Assembly (NCBI RefSeq): GCF_017352035.1
Contig: NZ_CP071439.1
Reading direction: 5' to 3' (one strand)
Source: Escherichia coli
GTDB taxonomy: Bacteria; Pseudomonadota; Gammaproteobacteria; Enterobacterales; Enterobacteriaceae
DNA: 32,000 nucleotides
Position 1 is the stretch's first letter, and every line of letters begins with the position of its first letter. The translations under genes were made by a program, and so were the position numbers. The notes under the pieces are model-generated. The model saw only the letters and a program-made list of their open reading frames with translations, did no database searches and was not told the origin of the DNA. Below, piece by piece: positions 10,862-24,837 of this stretch.

Positions 10862-11161
10862 TTACTCGTCTTTGGGCGAAGCGTTTTCGACCCGGCTTTT
10901 TAACTTCTGCCCGGGTCTGAAGGTCACCACGCGCCGTGCTGTAATGGGAATATCCTCGCCCGTTTTCGGGTTACGTCCCGGGCGTTGATTCTTATCACGC
11001 AGATCGAAGTTACCAAAACCAGAGAGTTTCACCTGTTCGCCGTTTTCCAGAGCGCGACGGATCTCTTCGAAAAACAGTTCAACCAGTTCTTTGGCATCCC
11101 GCTTGCTAAGCCCAAGCTTATCAAACAGATATTCTGACATTTCAGCTTTTGTAAGCGCCAT
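10862..11161 (-). CDS. ihfA: Integration host factor alpha subunit
   Basis: 99-aa ORF of the HU/IHF family with GFGNF...[10 protein letters not shown]. It lies 4 nt downstream of pheT. Confidence 0.98.
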
Positions 11162-11165
11162 AGGT

Positions 11166-13556
<2,391 letters not shown>

Positions 13557-13567
13557 CTATTCCTGCC

Positions 13568-14593
<1,026 letters not shown>

Positions 14594-14616
14594 TTAATTT
14601 TTTCAAAACGCGCATA

Positions 14617-14643
14617 CAAAAAAAGCCTCCACTGGGAGGCTTT
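14617..14643 (-). terminator. pheST attenuator terminator
   Basis: On the - strand, gaaaGCCTCCcagtGGAGGCttttttt lies between pheM and pheS: a GC stem (14625-14630 / 14635-14640) followed by a 7-T run. Confidence 0.8.
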
Positions 14644-14689
14644 CAGGCGCTGTTTTCCGTTTCTCTTCTCACGCGCTAGCCTCCTGGAG

Positions 14690-14734
14690 TCAGGTGCTAA
14701 AGTAAAAAAAGAAGCGGAAAATAGCAGCATTCAT
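14690..14734 (-). CDS. pheM: pheST operon leader peptide
   Basis: The reverse complement reads ATG AAT GCT GCT ATT TTC CGC TTC TTT TTT TAC TTT AGC ACC TGA, giving [14 protein letters not shown]. Five of the 14 codons are Phe, and the attenuator hairpin lies upstream of pheS. Confidence 0.9.
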
Positions 14735-14820
14735 TGCTTGCGTTACCTTTTGGTACTTTTCAAAAGACCTTTATTGAAAAGGCTACGGCGATAAAAGTCA
14801 ATGTTTTGATGGCGTTGAAA

Positions 14821-14846
14821 CGAAAAGAGGGAGACTAGCTCCCTCT
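14821..14846 (-). terminator. rplT intrinsic terminator
   Basis: The stem agagggag (14826-14833) pairs with ctccctct (14839-14846). On the - strand it is followed by tttt. It lies 11 nt downstream of the rplT stop. Confidence 0.7.
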
Positions 14847-14856
14847 TTCAACTGGC

Positions 14857-15240
<384 letters not shown>

Positions 15241-15266
15241 TTAAAAAGTTAAAAAACGTTAACGGC

Positions 15267-15488
<222 letters not shown>

Positions 15489-15560
15489 TTAATAAACGAA
15501 ACAAAGGCGAACAATGCCTGTGAAGCCCAAAGGCTCCACAGACAGTGCTACTTGAAGGCC

Positions 15561-16106
<546 letters not shown>

Positions 16107-18035
16107 TTATTCCTCCAATTGTTTAAGACTGCGGCTGCGAATCTCTTGTTGCAGCTTCTCGATCACTTCATTTACGTCCATGCTTCCCAGGTCTTTACCA
16201 CGGCGGGTGCGAACGGCAACTTTGCCTGATTCCACCTCTTTATCACCACAGACCAGCATATACGGGACGCGACGCAAAGTGTGCTCGCGGATTTTAAAGC
16301 CAATCTTCTCATTTCTCAAGTCTGCTTTAACACGAATGCCCGCATTTGATAGTTTTTGCGTCAATTCGTTAACGTATTCAGACTGTGAATCGGTAATATT
16401 CATGATAACAACCTGAACCGGCGCAAGCCAGGTCGGGAAGAAACCAGCGAATTCTTCGGTCAGGATACCGATGAAACGTTCCATCGACCCCAGAATTGCG
16501 CGGTGAATCATAACCGGTACCTTACGCTCGTTGTCTTCGCCCACATAGGAGGCGCTCAGACGAGACGGCAAGGAGAAGTCCAGCTGTACTGTACCGCACT
16601 GCCATGCACGATCGAGGCAGTCATACAGGGTAAATTCAATTTTCGGACCGTAGAAAGCGCCTTCACCCAGTTGATATTCAAACGGGATGTTGTTTTCTTC
16701 CAGCGCAACCGCCAGGTCCGCCTCAGCACGATCCCACATTTCGTCGCTGCCAATACGTTTTTCAGGACGAGTGGAGAGTTTGACGACGATCTTCTCGAAG
16801 CCAAAAGTGCTGTACATATCATAGACTAAACGGATACATCCGTTAACTTCATCGCGAATTTGTTCTTCAGTACAGAAGATATGCGCGTCATCCTGGGTAA
16901 AACCACGTACACGCATCAGGCCATGCAGCGAACCTGACGGCTCGTTACGGTGGCAGCTACCAAACTCGGCCATACGCAGCGGCAGATCGCGATAAGACTT
17001 CAGCCCCTGGTTGAAAATTTGTACGTGACCCGGGCAGTTCATCGGCTTAATGCAGTATTCACGGTTCTCAGAAGACGTGGTGAACATTGCATCTTTGTAG
17101 TTGTCCCAGTGACCGGTTTTTTCCCACAGAACACGGTCCATCATGAACGGACCTTTAACTTCCTGATACTGGTACTCTTTCAGTTTAGAACGAACAAACA
17201 CTTCCAGTTCACGGAAGATGGTCCAGCCATCGTTGTGCCAGAAGACCATACCCGGTGCTTCTTCCTGCATATGGTACAGGTCGAGCTGTTTACCGATTTT
17301 ACGGTGGTCGCGTTTCGCGGCTTCTTCCAGGCGCTGCAGGTAAGCGTTAAGCGCTTTTTTGTCTGCCCACGCCGTACCGTAAATACGTTGCAACATTTTG
17401 TTGTTGCTGTCGCCACGCCAGTAAGCCCCTGCCGTTTTCATTAGTTTGAAATGATGGCAGAAACGCATGTTCGGTACGTGCGGACCGCGGCACATATCGA
17501 CATATTCTTCATGGAAGTACAGACCTGGCTTGTCATCATGGGCGATGTTTTCGTCAAGAATGGAGACTTTGTAGCTCTCCCCACGGTTGGCGAAAGTTTC
17601 ACGCGCTTCGTGCCAGCTGACTTTCTTCTTAATGACGTCGTAGTTTTTCTCAGCAAGCTCATGCATCCGCTTCTCGAGTGCTTCGACATCTTCCTGGGTT
17701 AACGTGCGGTCAAGATCAACGTCGTAATAAAAACCGTTGTCAATAACCGGGCCGATTGCCATTTTGGTATGCGGCCAAAGTTGTTTAATCGCGTGCCCTA
17801 ACAGGTGCGCACAGGAGTGACGAATGATCTCCAGACCTTCTTCGTCTTTGGCGGTAATGATCGACAGTTGTGCGTCGTTTTCAATCAGATCGCAAGCATC
17901 AACCAGTTCGCCATTAACGCGCCCTGCGATACAGGCTTTCGCCAGACCTGGACCAATGTCCAGCGCAACATCCATGGGGCTTACAGCGTGGTCGTAATGG
18001 CGTTGGCTGCCATCAGGAAGAGTTATAACAGGCAT
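16107..18035 (-). CDS. thrS: Threonine--tRNA ligase
   Basis: 642-aa ORF with an N-terminal TGS/editing region, a class II catalytic core (e.g. [11 protein letters not shown]) and a C-terminal anticodon-binding domain. Confidence 0.98.
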
Positions 18036-18150
18036 TTTATATCCTTATTTGCAGTGGTGACCCACACGAAAGATCACATACAAAGAAAAATTTGTTTATT
18101 AACAGTTCATTGCGAAACCATCTAGCCAACAAATGCTAAATTGGTTCGCA
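18036..18150 (-). promoter_or_regulatory. thrS translational operator (tRNA-Thr anticodon-arm mimic) in the mRNA leader
   Basis: The - strand reads GUGAUCuuuCGUgugGGUCAC (18057-18077), a 6-bp stem whose loop presents CGU, 13 nt upstream of the SD in UAAGGAUAUAAAAUG. A second imperfect hairpin lies at 18112-18149. The ThrRS autoregulation mechanism is established knowledge. Confidence 0.6.
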
Positions 18151-18557
18151 ATCAGGTACACAAATGAAAGACATTAACCTCTCACCTTCCACCCGGTTGA
18201 ACGATGTTAACACTAAAAAAAGGGAGATTGTACCTTTCCGTTTCACATTGATTCGATTCGCAATTCGTTTGTAGTGAGTACACCAGCAAAACGCTTAAAG
18301 AACCACTGATAACATCACGGAGCGTCTGAAAGGTTTACTGCGAGCGGATTTGCAGCAGCATAAACTGAATCCAGCAAAGTTCGTTGCGTGATTTGGCGGT
18401 AGTATTTAAACGATCATGAGATTAATGACGAACTGGTCATATCACAATGATAAAAGTGACACAATTCTTATAGCAATTTTTCGTGCACATTTCGTTCTGG
18501 CGATAATAATTAATCATCATCCTCAAAACTTCCAGACATATATAAGGCGAATAGATT

Positions 18558-20456
18558 ATGAGTCAAAACGACATTATTATCAGAACTCATTATAAGTCTC
18601 CTCATAGAATGCACATCGATAGCGACATACCAACGCCTTCATCAGAGCCTATTAATCAATTTGCGCGCCAACTCATCACCCTACTTGATACCTCTGACTT
18701 AAGTTCGATGCTGTCATACTGTGTTACTCAGGAATTTACCGCAAACTGTCGAAAAATATCACAAAATTGTTATTCCACTGCCCTTTTTACCATTAACTTT
18801 GCCACTTCACCCATCCATGCAGAAAATATACTCATTACATTACACTATAAAAAAGAAATCATTTCCTTATTACTGGAAACCACGCCTATTAAAGCTAACC
18901 ATTTGCGAAGCATACTGGATTATATTGAACAGGAACAGTTAACTACCGAAAATCGTAACCATTGTATGAAACTGTCTAAAAAAATCCATAGAGAAAAAAC
19001 TATACAACCAACAGTAAATCTCAATGGTAGTGCATTTTTTTTGCAATCTCCTTCTGACGCTATTTTTTGTCGCCATCTGTCATTGCAATACGCCCTTGAT
19101 TCACTGAGAAATGGAAAAGGCAAAGTCAATCTGATTAAACATTACTCCTCCGTTGAATCCATACAGCAGCATGTCCCCTTAGTCCGGGACGCGGAGTTCA
19201 GATCATTACTTCGCCATCCTCCTGCAGGGAGTCGCGTTATCGCGAGTAAGGATTTTGGCTTCGCTTTAGATATTTTCTTCTGTCGAATGATGGCAAACAA
19301 TGTCAGTCATATGTCCGCGATTTTATATATAGACAATCATACTTTGTCAGTAAGGCTACGAATAAAGCAGTCAGCGTATGGGCAATTAAATTATGTTGTG
19401 TCCGTTTACGACCCGAACGATACCAACGTTGCCGTCAGAGGCACCCACAGGACAGCACGGGGCTTTCTCTCGCTCGATAAATTCATCAGTTCAGGTCCCG
19501 ATGCTCAGACCTGGGCTGATATGTATGTTCGCAACTGTGCAATTGCTTTTCTGCCCCTATTACCTGAGGGAGTTCCAGGGGCTATTTTCGCGGGTATTGC
19601 ATCACGAATGCCATTTGCCCCTATACATCCATCGGCAATGTTGTTAATAATGGCCACAGGCCAGACTCAACAGCTTATTACATTATTCAAACAGTTACCC
19701 ATACTCCCTGAAAAAGAAATCATTGAAATAATAACTGCGCAGAATAGCGTTGGTACACCTGCTTTATTTCTGGCTATGATGAACGGACATACTGACAACG
19801 TAAAAATATTTATGCAAGAAATTCAGTCACTGGTAGATAATCATATCATTCATGAAGATAATCTGGTTAAATTACTGCAAACTAAAAGTGCTAACGAAAC
19901 ACCTGGACTCTATATCTCCATGTTGTATGGATTCGATGAAATAATCGATATCTTTCTGAATGCATTAACCACTCCAATAACACAAGAGCTTTTAAGCAAA
20001 AAAATGGTGATGGATATTTTAGCAATGAAAACACGTGATGGTGAGCCAGGATTATATGCCGCAATGGAAAATAATCACCCTTTGTGTGTCACACGGTTCC
20101 TCTCTAAAGTTTATGGAATCGCTGTTAAATATAACCTCAGCAAAATTAACATCATGGATTTATTAAAAGGCGCAACAGCACATGGAACCCCTGCTTTATA
20201 CATCGCCATGAGCAAGGGTAATAAAGACGTCGTGTTATCTTATATATCAACGCTGGGTACTTTTGCAAAAAAATATTCTTTTAGTCAATGTCAGTTATTC
20301 ACATTGTTGGCCGCTAAAAATCATGACAACATGTCAGCTGTTCATATAGCCATTCATCATAATCATTATAAAACTGTAGAAACATATTATGCTGCTATAA
20401 ACGTAATCAGCCAAAGCCTGAGTTTTAGTGCTGATGAACTAAAGACGTATTTATAA
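18558..20456 (+). CDS. arpB: Ankyrin-like repeat protein with an N-terminal EspL/OspD (ShET2)-like putative cysteine protease domain; intact allele
   Basis: Uninterrupted 632-aa ORF in visibly AT-rich DNA at the position of K-12 arpB. The C-terminal half carries five 48-residue repeats with a G-(T/E)-P-x-L-(F/Y) core. The N-terminal half carries candidate triad residues Cys171, His261 and Asp285. Confidence 0.85.
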   Translation: MSQNDIIIRTHYKSPHRMHIDSDIPTPSSEPINQFARQLITLLDTSDLSSMLSYCVTQEFTANCRKISQNCYSTALFTINFATSPIHAENILITLHYKKEIISLLLETTPIKANHLRSILDYIEQEQLTTENRNHCMKLSKKIHREKTIQPTVNLNGSAFFLQSPSDAIFCRHLSLQYALDSLRNGKGKVNLIKHYSSVESIQQHVPLVRDAEFRSLLRHPPAGSRVIASKDFGFALDIFFCRMMANNVSHMSAILYIDNHTLSVRLRIKQSAYGQLNYVVSVYDPNDTNVAVRGTHRTARGFLSLDKFISSGPDAQTWADMYVRNCAIAFLPLLPEGVPGAIFAGIASRMPFAPIHPSAMLLIMATGQTQQLITLFKQLPILPEKEIIEIITAQNSVGTPALFLAMMNGHTDNVKIFMQEIQSLVDNHIIHEDNLVKLLQTKSANETPGLYISMLYGFDEIIDIFLNALTTPITQELLSKKMVMDILAMKTRDGEPGLYAAMENNHPLCVTRFLSKVYGIAVKYNLSKINIMDLLKGATAHGTPALYIAMSKGNKDVVLSYISTLGTFAKKYSFSQCQLFTLLAAKNHDNMSAVHIAIHHNHYKTVETYYAAINVISQSLSFSADELKTYL

Positions 20457-20622
20457 CCAGATATTTATATATCGATACATAATTTTATTTTTTTCATAAA
20501 CCGCAAAAACAGTGATCAGGTGTACAACGCCACCCGACGGCTGTAATAACAAAAAATCCCTTGATGCCTGTCCCTTTTGTTACACTTCGTTATCACGCAC
20601 AAGAGATATGCAGGACACTGGT

Positions 20623-20730
20623 ATGCCGACTAAACGCTTTGATAAAAAACACTGGAAGATGGTGGTGGTGCTACTGGCAATTTGTGGCGCTATGTTGTTG
20701 CTACGTTGGGCAGCAATGATTTGGGGCTGA
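20623..20730 (+). CDS. yniD: Small single-pass membrane protein (35 aa)
   Basis: MPTKRFDKKHWKMVVVLLAICGAMLLLRWAAMIWG has one hydrophobic helix and matches my memory of YniD. The longer ORF-track frame starting at 20512 looks like a noncoding extension. Confidence 0.75.
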   Translation: MPTKRFDKKHWKMVVVLLAICGAMLLLRWAAMIWG

Positions 20731-20749
20731 GCAGTGACAAACGAAGACA

Positions 20750-20785
20750 GCCAGACCGCATAACACGGTCCGGCAGATAATTTTA
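20750..20785. terminator. Imperfect hairpin between convergent yniD and ydiY
   Basis: gccagaccg (20750-20758) pairs with cggtccggc (20766-20774) with one mismatch, followed by agataatttta on the + strand. The T tracts are weak in both directions. Confidence 0.4.
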
Positions 20786-21541
20786 CATGCTGTAGCCCAG
20801 CGATAAGGTTGTCCGACGATCGGTATGTTCCGGTGCAGACTCTGGAGGTTCAGAGTTCCATGTGACGTTGTAAGCCACCTTCAGTCCAAAATGTTCATTA
20901 ATAGCAACATTTAATGCGCTTTCGGAGTTCAGCGTTGTGTCTTCCGCGCCAAAGACGGAAACACCCTGCGTAAATTTAGCGTTGTCAGTCAACTGCCATG
21001 CATAAGCCCCGGAGGCATAACCCAGCGGCTGGGTTTCACTGGCATTATCGGTATATTTGTCGTAACGCACACCTGGACCGAATTCAAAGCGGAAACTGTG
21101 TACCGGGCCATTCAAAAACTGGCGACCATAACCCGCGGTCAACACATCGCGCTCTCGATAGCCGTTATAACGGTCTGTCAGCCAGCTTGCCTGCCCAAAT
21201 AAATAGTCATAATCAGTTAAATTAAAACGGCTACGCCCGCCCGCCGCATATTTTTCTGAAGAACGCTCATCATTAGAAGAAGTATTACTGGCGTTCCCCC
21301 ACAGCGACCAGGCAGTGGTTTGTCCATACCAGGTCATGGTGGTGTCAGCCGTAAGTGAGGAGCTTTTCGTATTGCCTGATTGTGCAAGATATCCTGCGTT
21401 CAGATTACCTTCGAAAGGTTTTTTAGCGCTGGCAGGATCGTCCATGACAGTAAAAACGGAATCATCGGCAGCTGCATTCAGTGACGCAAACATGCCCCCC
21501 GCCAACATAACGATGGCAGGAACTGTCTTCAAAAGCTTCAT
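20783..21541 (-). CDS. ydiY: Putative outer-membrane beta-barrel protein (DUF481 family)
   Basis: 252-aa ORF with a signal peptide ending LNAAADD and an alternating aromatic/polar beta-strand pattern rich in Y, G, N and T. Confidence 0.9.
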   Translation of the reverse strand: MKLLKTVPAIVMLAGGMFASLNAAADDSVFTVMDDPASAKKPFEGNLNAGYLAQSGNTKSSSLTADTTMTWYGQTTAWSLWGNASNTSSNDERSSEKYAAGGRSRFNLTDYDYLFGQASWLTDRYNGYRERDVLTAGYGRQFLNGPVHSFRFEFGPGVRYDKYTDNASETQPLGYASGAYAWQLTDNAKFTQGVSVFGAEDTTLNSESALNVAINEHFGLKVAYNVTWNSEPPESAPEHTDRRTTLSLGYSM

Positions 21542-21827
21542 TTATCAAGAGTCCGTACAACAAAAAAAGAGACCTTCGCGGTCCCGGAAACTTTCTTAAG
21601 GATCAAAGATTAGCGTCCCTGGAAAGGTAACGAATTATAAAAAGGCGCGAATAACTTAGCAATGTATTCTTATTTCATTTTTTGAATAAGCATGTGGCGA
21701 AAACAAATTTTTATTTATATATATTTATCTGCAAAATTTTAAATAAAGTTCTAATAAATCATATTGTTAATTTCTTCACTTTCCGCTGATTCGGTGCCAG
21801 ACTGAAATCAGCCTATAGGAGGAAATG

Positions 21828-22757
21828 ATGGTACGTATCTATACGTTGACACTTGCGCCCTCTCTCGATAGCGCAACAATTACCCCGCAAATTTATCCCG
21901 AAGGAAAGCTGCGCTGTACCGCACCAGTATTCGAACCCGGAGGCGGCGGCATCAACGTCGCCCGCGCCATTGCCCATCTTGGAGGCAGTGCCACAGCGAT
22001 CTTCCCGGCGGGTGGTGCGACCGGCGAACATCTGGTTTCACTGTTGGCAGATGAAAATGTCCCCGTCGCTACTGTAGAAGCCAAAGACTGGACCCGGCAG
22101 AATTTACACGTACATGTGGAAGCAAGCGGTGAGCAGTATCGTTTTGTTATGCCAGGCGCGGCATTAAATGAAGATGAGTTTCGCCAGCTTGAAGAGCAAG
22201 TTCTGGAAATTGAATCCGGGGCCATTCTGGTCATAAGCGGAAGCCTGCCGCCAGGTGTGAAGCTGGAAAAATTAACCCAACTGATTTCCGCTGCGCAAAA
22301 ACAAGGGATTCGCTGCATCGTCGACAGTTTTGGCGAAGCGTTAAGTGCAGCACTGGCGATTGGTAATATCGAGTTGGTTAAGCCTAACCAAAAAGAACTC
22401 AGTGCGCTAGTGAATCGCGAACTCACCCAGCCAGACGATGTCCGCAAAGCCGCGCAGGAAATCGTTAATAGCGGCAAGGCCAAACGAGTTGTCGTTTCCC
22501 TGGGTCCACAAGGGGCGCTGGGCGTTGATAGTGAAAACTGCATTCAGGTTGTGCCACCACCGGTGAAAAGCCAGAGCACCGTTGGCGCTGGTGACAGCAT
22601 GGTCGGCGCGATGACACTGAAACTGGCAGAAAATGCCTCTCTTGAAGAGATGGTCCGTTTTGGCGTAGCTGCGGGGAGTGCAGCCACACTCAATCAGGGA
22701 ACACGCCTGTGCTCCCAAGACGATACACAAAAAATTTACGCTTACCTTTCCCGCTAA
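21828..22757 (+). CDS. pfkB: 6-phosphofructokinase II (ribokinase/PfkB family)
   Basis: 309-aa ORF from the second of two tandem ATGs (MVRIYTLTLAPS...), preceded by AGGAGG. It has the family motifs GGGGINVA and GAGDSMVGA. Confidence 0.95.
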   Translation: MVRIYTLTLAPSLDSATITPQIYPEGKLRCTAPVFEPGGGGINVARAIAHLGGSATAIFPAGGATGEHLVSLLADENVPVATVEAKDWTRQNLHVHVEASGEQYRFVMPGAALNEDEFRQLEEQVLEIESGAILVISGSLPPGVKLEKLTQLISAAQKQGIRCIVDSFGEALSAALAIGNIELVKPNQKELSALVNRELTQPDDVRKAAQEIVNSGKAKRVVVSLGPQGALGVDSENCIQVVPPPVKSQSTVGAGDSMVGAMTLKLAENASLEEMVRFGVAAGSAATLNQGTRLCSQDDTQKIYAYLSR

Positions 22758-22857
22758 CTGAAACATTCCCCCTGCATTGGGGGAATCACCACCAACCTGT
22801 CGGCAACGCGTTTCTCCGACTATGCTCAAAAGTCATGTGATAACAAAGGGGTGAACT

Positions 22858-23148
22858 ATGGCCAGTGGCGATCTTGTCCGTTATGTCATAACCGTCATGT
22901 TGCACGAGGATACATTGACTGAAATTAACGAGTTGAATAATTACCTGACTCGCGACGGTTTTTTGCTCACCATGACGGATGATGATGGAAATATCCATGA
23001 GCTGGGGACTAACACTTTTGGACTTATCAGTACCCAAAGTGAAGAAGAAATTAGAGAACTGGTTTCGGGGCTTACCCAAAGTGCAACCGGCAAAGATCCT
23101 GAAATCACCATCACGACCTGGGAGGAATGGAATAGCAACAGAAAATAA
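22858..23148 (+). CDS. ydiZ: Uncharacterised small acidic protein (DUF2622 family, from memory)
   Basis: 96-aa ORF with the GGGG of aaaggggtgaactATG as a likely SD. The translation matches my memory of YdiZ. Confidence 0.85.
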   Translation: MASGDLVRYVITVMLHEDTLTEINELNNYLTRDGFLLTMTDDDGNIHELGTNTFGLISTQSEEEIRELVSGLTQSATGKDPEITITTWEEWNSNRK

Positions 23149-23253
23149 ATGGTTTTTGGGCAATAATCAGTCTGTGGTGTGCGTTAGCTCGTGTTTTTAC
23201 ACCGCATTCTTGCGCTAACCTTATGATCTGGCAGACAACATGGGAGAGACATC

Positions 23254-24114
23254 ATGTGGCAGGCAATCAGTCGTCTTTTGAGCGAGCAGTTAGGTGAAGG
23301 CGAAATCGAACTGCGTAATGAACTGCCTGGCGGAGAAGTCCATGCCGCATGGCATTTGCGCTATGCAGGACGTGACTTTTTCGTCAAATGTGATGAAAGG
23401 GAACTGCTTCCCGGTTTTACCGCCGAAGCCGACCAACTGGAGTTACTGTCGCGTAGTAAAACCGTCACCGTGCCTAAGGTTTGGGCAGTTGGCGCTGACC
23501 GTGACTACAGTTTTCTGGTGATGGACTATCTCCCACCTCGCCCGCTGGATGCGCATAGCGCATTTATTCTTGGTCAGCAAATTGCGCGTTTACATCAATG
23601 GAGCGACCAACCGCAATTTGGCCTCGATTTCGATAACGCGCTCTCCACAACTCCCCAGCCCAACACCTGGCAACGTCGCTGGTCAACTTTTTTTGCTGAA
23701 CAACGGATTGGCTGGCAGCTGGAACTGGCGGCAGAAAAAGGGATCGCTTTCGGCAATATCGATGCCATCGTCGAGCATATTCAGCAGCGTCTGGCCTCGC
23801 ATCAACCGCAGCCTTCTCTGTTGCACGGCGATTTATGGTCCGGCAACTGTGCGCTGGGTCCGGATGGCCCGTACATTTTCGACCCGGCCTGCTACTGGGG
23901 TGACCGAGAGTGCGACCTGGCGATGTTACCGCTGCATACTGAACAGCCGCCACAAATCTATGACGGCTATCAGTCAGTATCCCCGCTACCTGCCGATTTC
24001 CTTGAACGTCAACCGGTTTACCAACTCTACACGCTGTTAAATCGTGCAAGGTTATTTGGCGGTCAGCATTTGGTTATTGCTCAGCAGTCACTGGATAGAT
24101 TATTAGCAGCATGA
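23254..24114 (+). CDS. yniA: Fructosamine/ketosamine-3-kinase family protein kinase-like phosphotransferase
   Basis: 286-aa ORF with the APH-like catalytic loop LLHGDLWSGN and the downstream motif DPACYWGDRE. Confidence 0.92.
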   Translation: MWQAISRLLSEQLGEGEIELRNELPGGEVHAAWHLRYAGRDFFVKCDERELLPGFTAEADQLELLSRSKTVTVPKVWAVGADRDYSFLVMDYLPPRPLDAHSAFILGQQIARLHQWSDQPQFGLDFDNALSTTPQPNTWQRRWSTFFAEQRIGWQLELAAEKGIAFGNIDAIVEHIQQRLASHQPQPSLLHGDLWSGNCALGPDGPYIFDPACYWGDRECDLAMLPLHTEQPPQIYDGYQSVSPLPADFLERQPVYQLYTLLNRARLFGGQHLVIAQQSLDRLLAA

Positions 24115-24131
24115 TACGGGTTGAGGATAAT

Positions 24132-24152
24132 GGCCGCTCCGTGCGGCCTTTT
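24132..24152 (+). terminator. yniA intrinsic terminator
   Basis: GGCCGCtccgtGCGGCCtttt, 18 nt after the yniA stop and abutting the convergent yniB stop. Confidence 0.7.
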
Positions 24153-24154
24153 GA

Positions 24155-24691
24155 TTAAATAAACCCCAGCAGAGAAAAGAACACATAACCTGCAGCAATA
24201 CAAATAACCGGCAGGATATACAGCGAGAAAAACTGCAGGAAAATAGTATGGTGCGGCACAACAATACGTGACTCAATTTGTTCACGCGTTAGCCCCTCTT
24301 CCCCTTTGGCTTTTTCCAGAATGAGTTGATCTTCAACACCTTCCCGCAAGAAGCGCGCCTGGCGACTCATCCGGGCACCGGAATCCTGCAACGCCAGTCC
24401 GACAAAAATCAGGATGAAAATCACCCAGAACATAACGTTCACGCCACCATTAAAATTGGGCGTCGGGGAGTTATACCAGAACAGATTCAAAAAAGGCGTA
24501 TTCGCCTGCATCATATCGATCATGACATGAGTAAAGTCGAGCATGACCGCATTAATGCCTTCCTGGTTTTCCTGCCGGGTATTCATAAATTTCAGCAAAG
24601 AAATCAGTGTAGAGATCAATGCAGGTATAAAAATCACCCAACCCAAAATCCTTTTCAAAACAGCAATGCGTCCAGCTTGTTGATACGTCAT
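24155..24691 (-). CDS. yniB: Inner-membrane protein of unknown function
   Basis: 178-aa ORF with at least three hydrophobic helices (e.g. ILGWVIFIPALISTLISLL, VMFWVIFILIFVGLAL, FFSLYILPVICIAAGYVFFSLLGFI). Confidence 0.88.
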   Translation of the reverse strand: MTYQQAGRIAVLKRILGWVIFIPALISTLISLLKFMNTRQENQEGINAVMLDFTHVMIDMMQANTPFLNLFWYNSPTPNFNGGVNVMFWVIFILIFVGLALQDSGARMSRQARFLREGVEDQLILEKAKGEEGLTREQIESRIVVPHHTIFLQFFSLYILPVICIAAGYVFFSLLGFI

Positions 24692-24837
24692 GAGTTCTCC
24701 TTGATTAAGACGCGTCGTTTCACTTAGTTTACCTGTAGATATCTGTTTTCGCCCATTCTTTAAAGGCGATATGATAGGCGCTTAATCATAAGCACGGCTT
24801 AATACCTTACACATAATGCTCTAAAGGAGAGGTTGTA

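Noticed and set aside
20512-20622. 37-codon N-terminal extension of yniD
   Set aside because: The Cys/Thr/Pro-rich extension looks noncoding. The 35-aa membrane peptide starting MPTKRF matches the known small protein.
21785-21812. Hairpin gctgatt...aatcagc ending 4 nt before the pfkB Shine-Dalgarno, preceded by a very AT-rich stretch (21640-21780)
   Set aside because: The 7-bp stem with a 14-nt loop is of marginal stability. I found nothing in the sequence that argues for a riboswitch or regulatory role, so I did not call it a feature.
21893-22543. 216-aa - strand ORF antisense to pfkB (also 22407-22829)
   Set aside because: It is a shadow frame of pfkB. The Ser/Ala/Pro-rich translation has no motifs.
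22765-22786. Hairpin attccccc-tgcatt-gggggaat just after the pfkB stop
   Set aside because: I considered it as a terminator, but no U tract follows (caccaccaacc). I left it uncalled. It may still act as a stabilising 3' stem.
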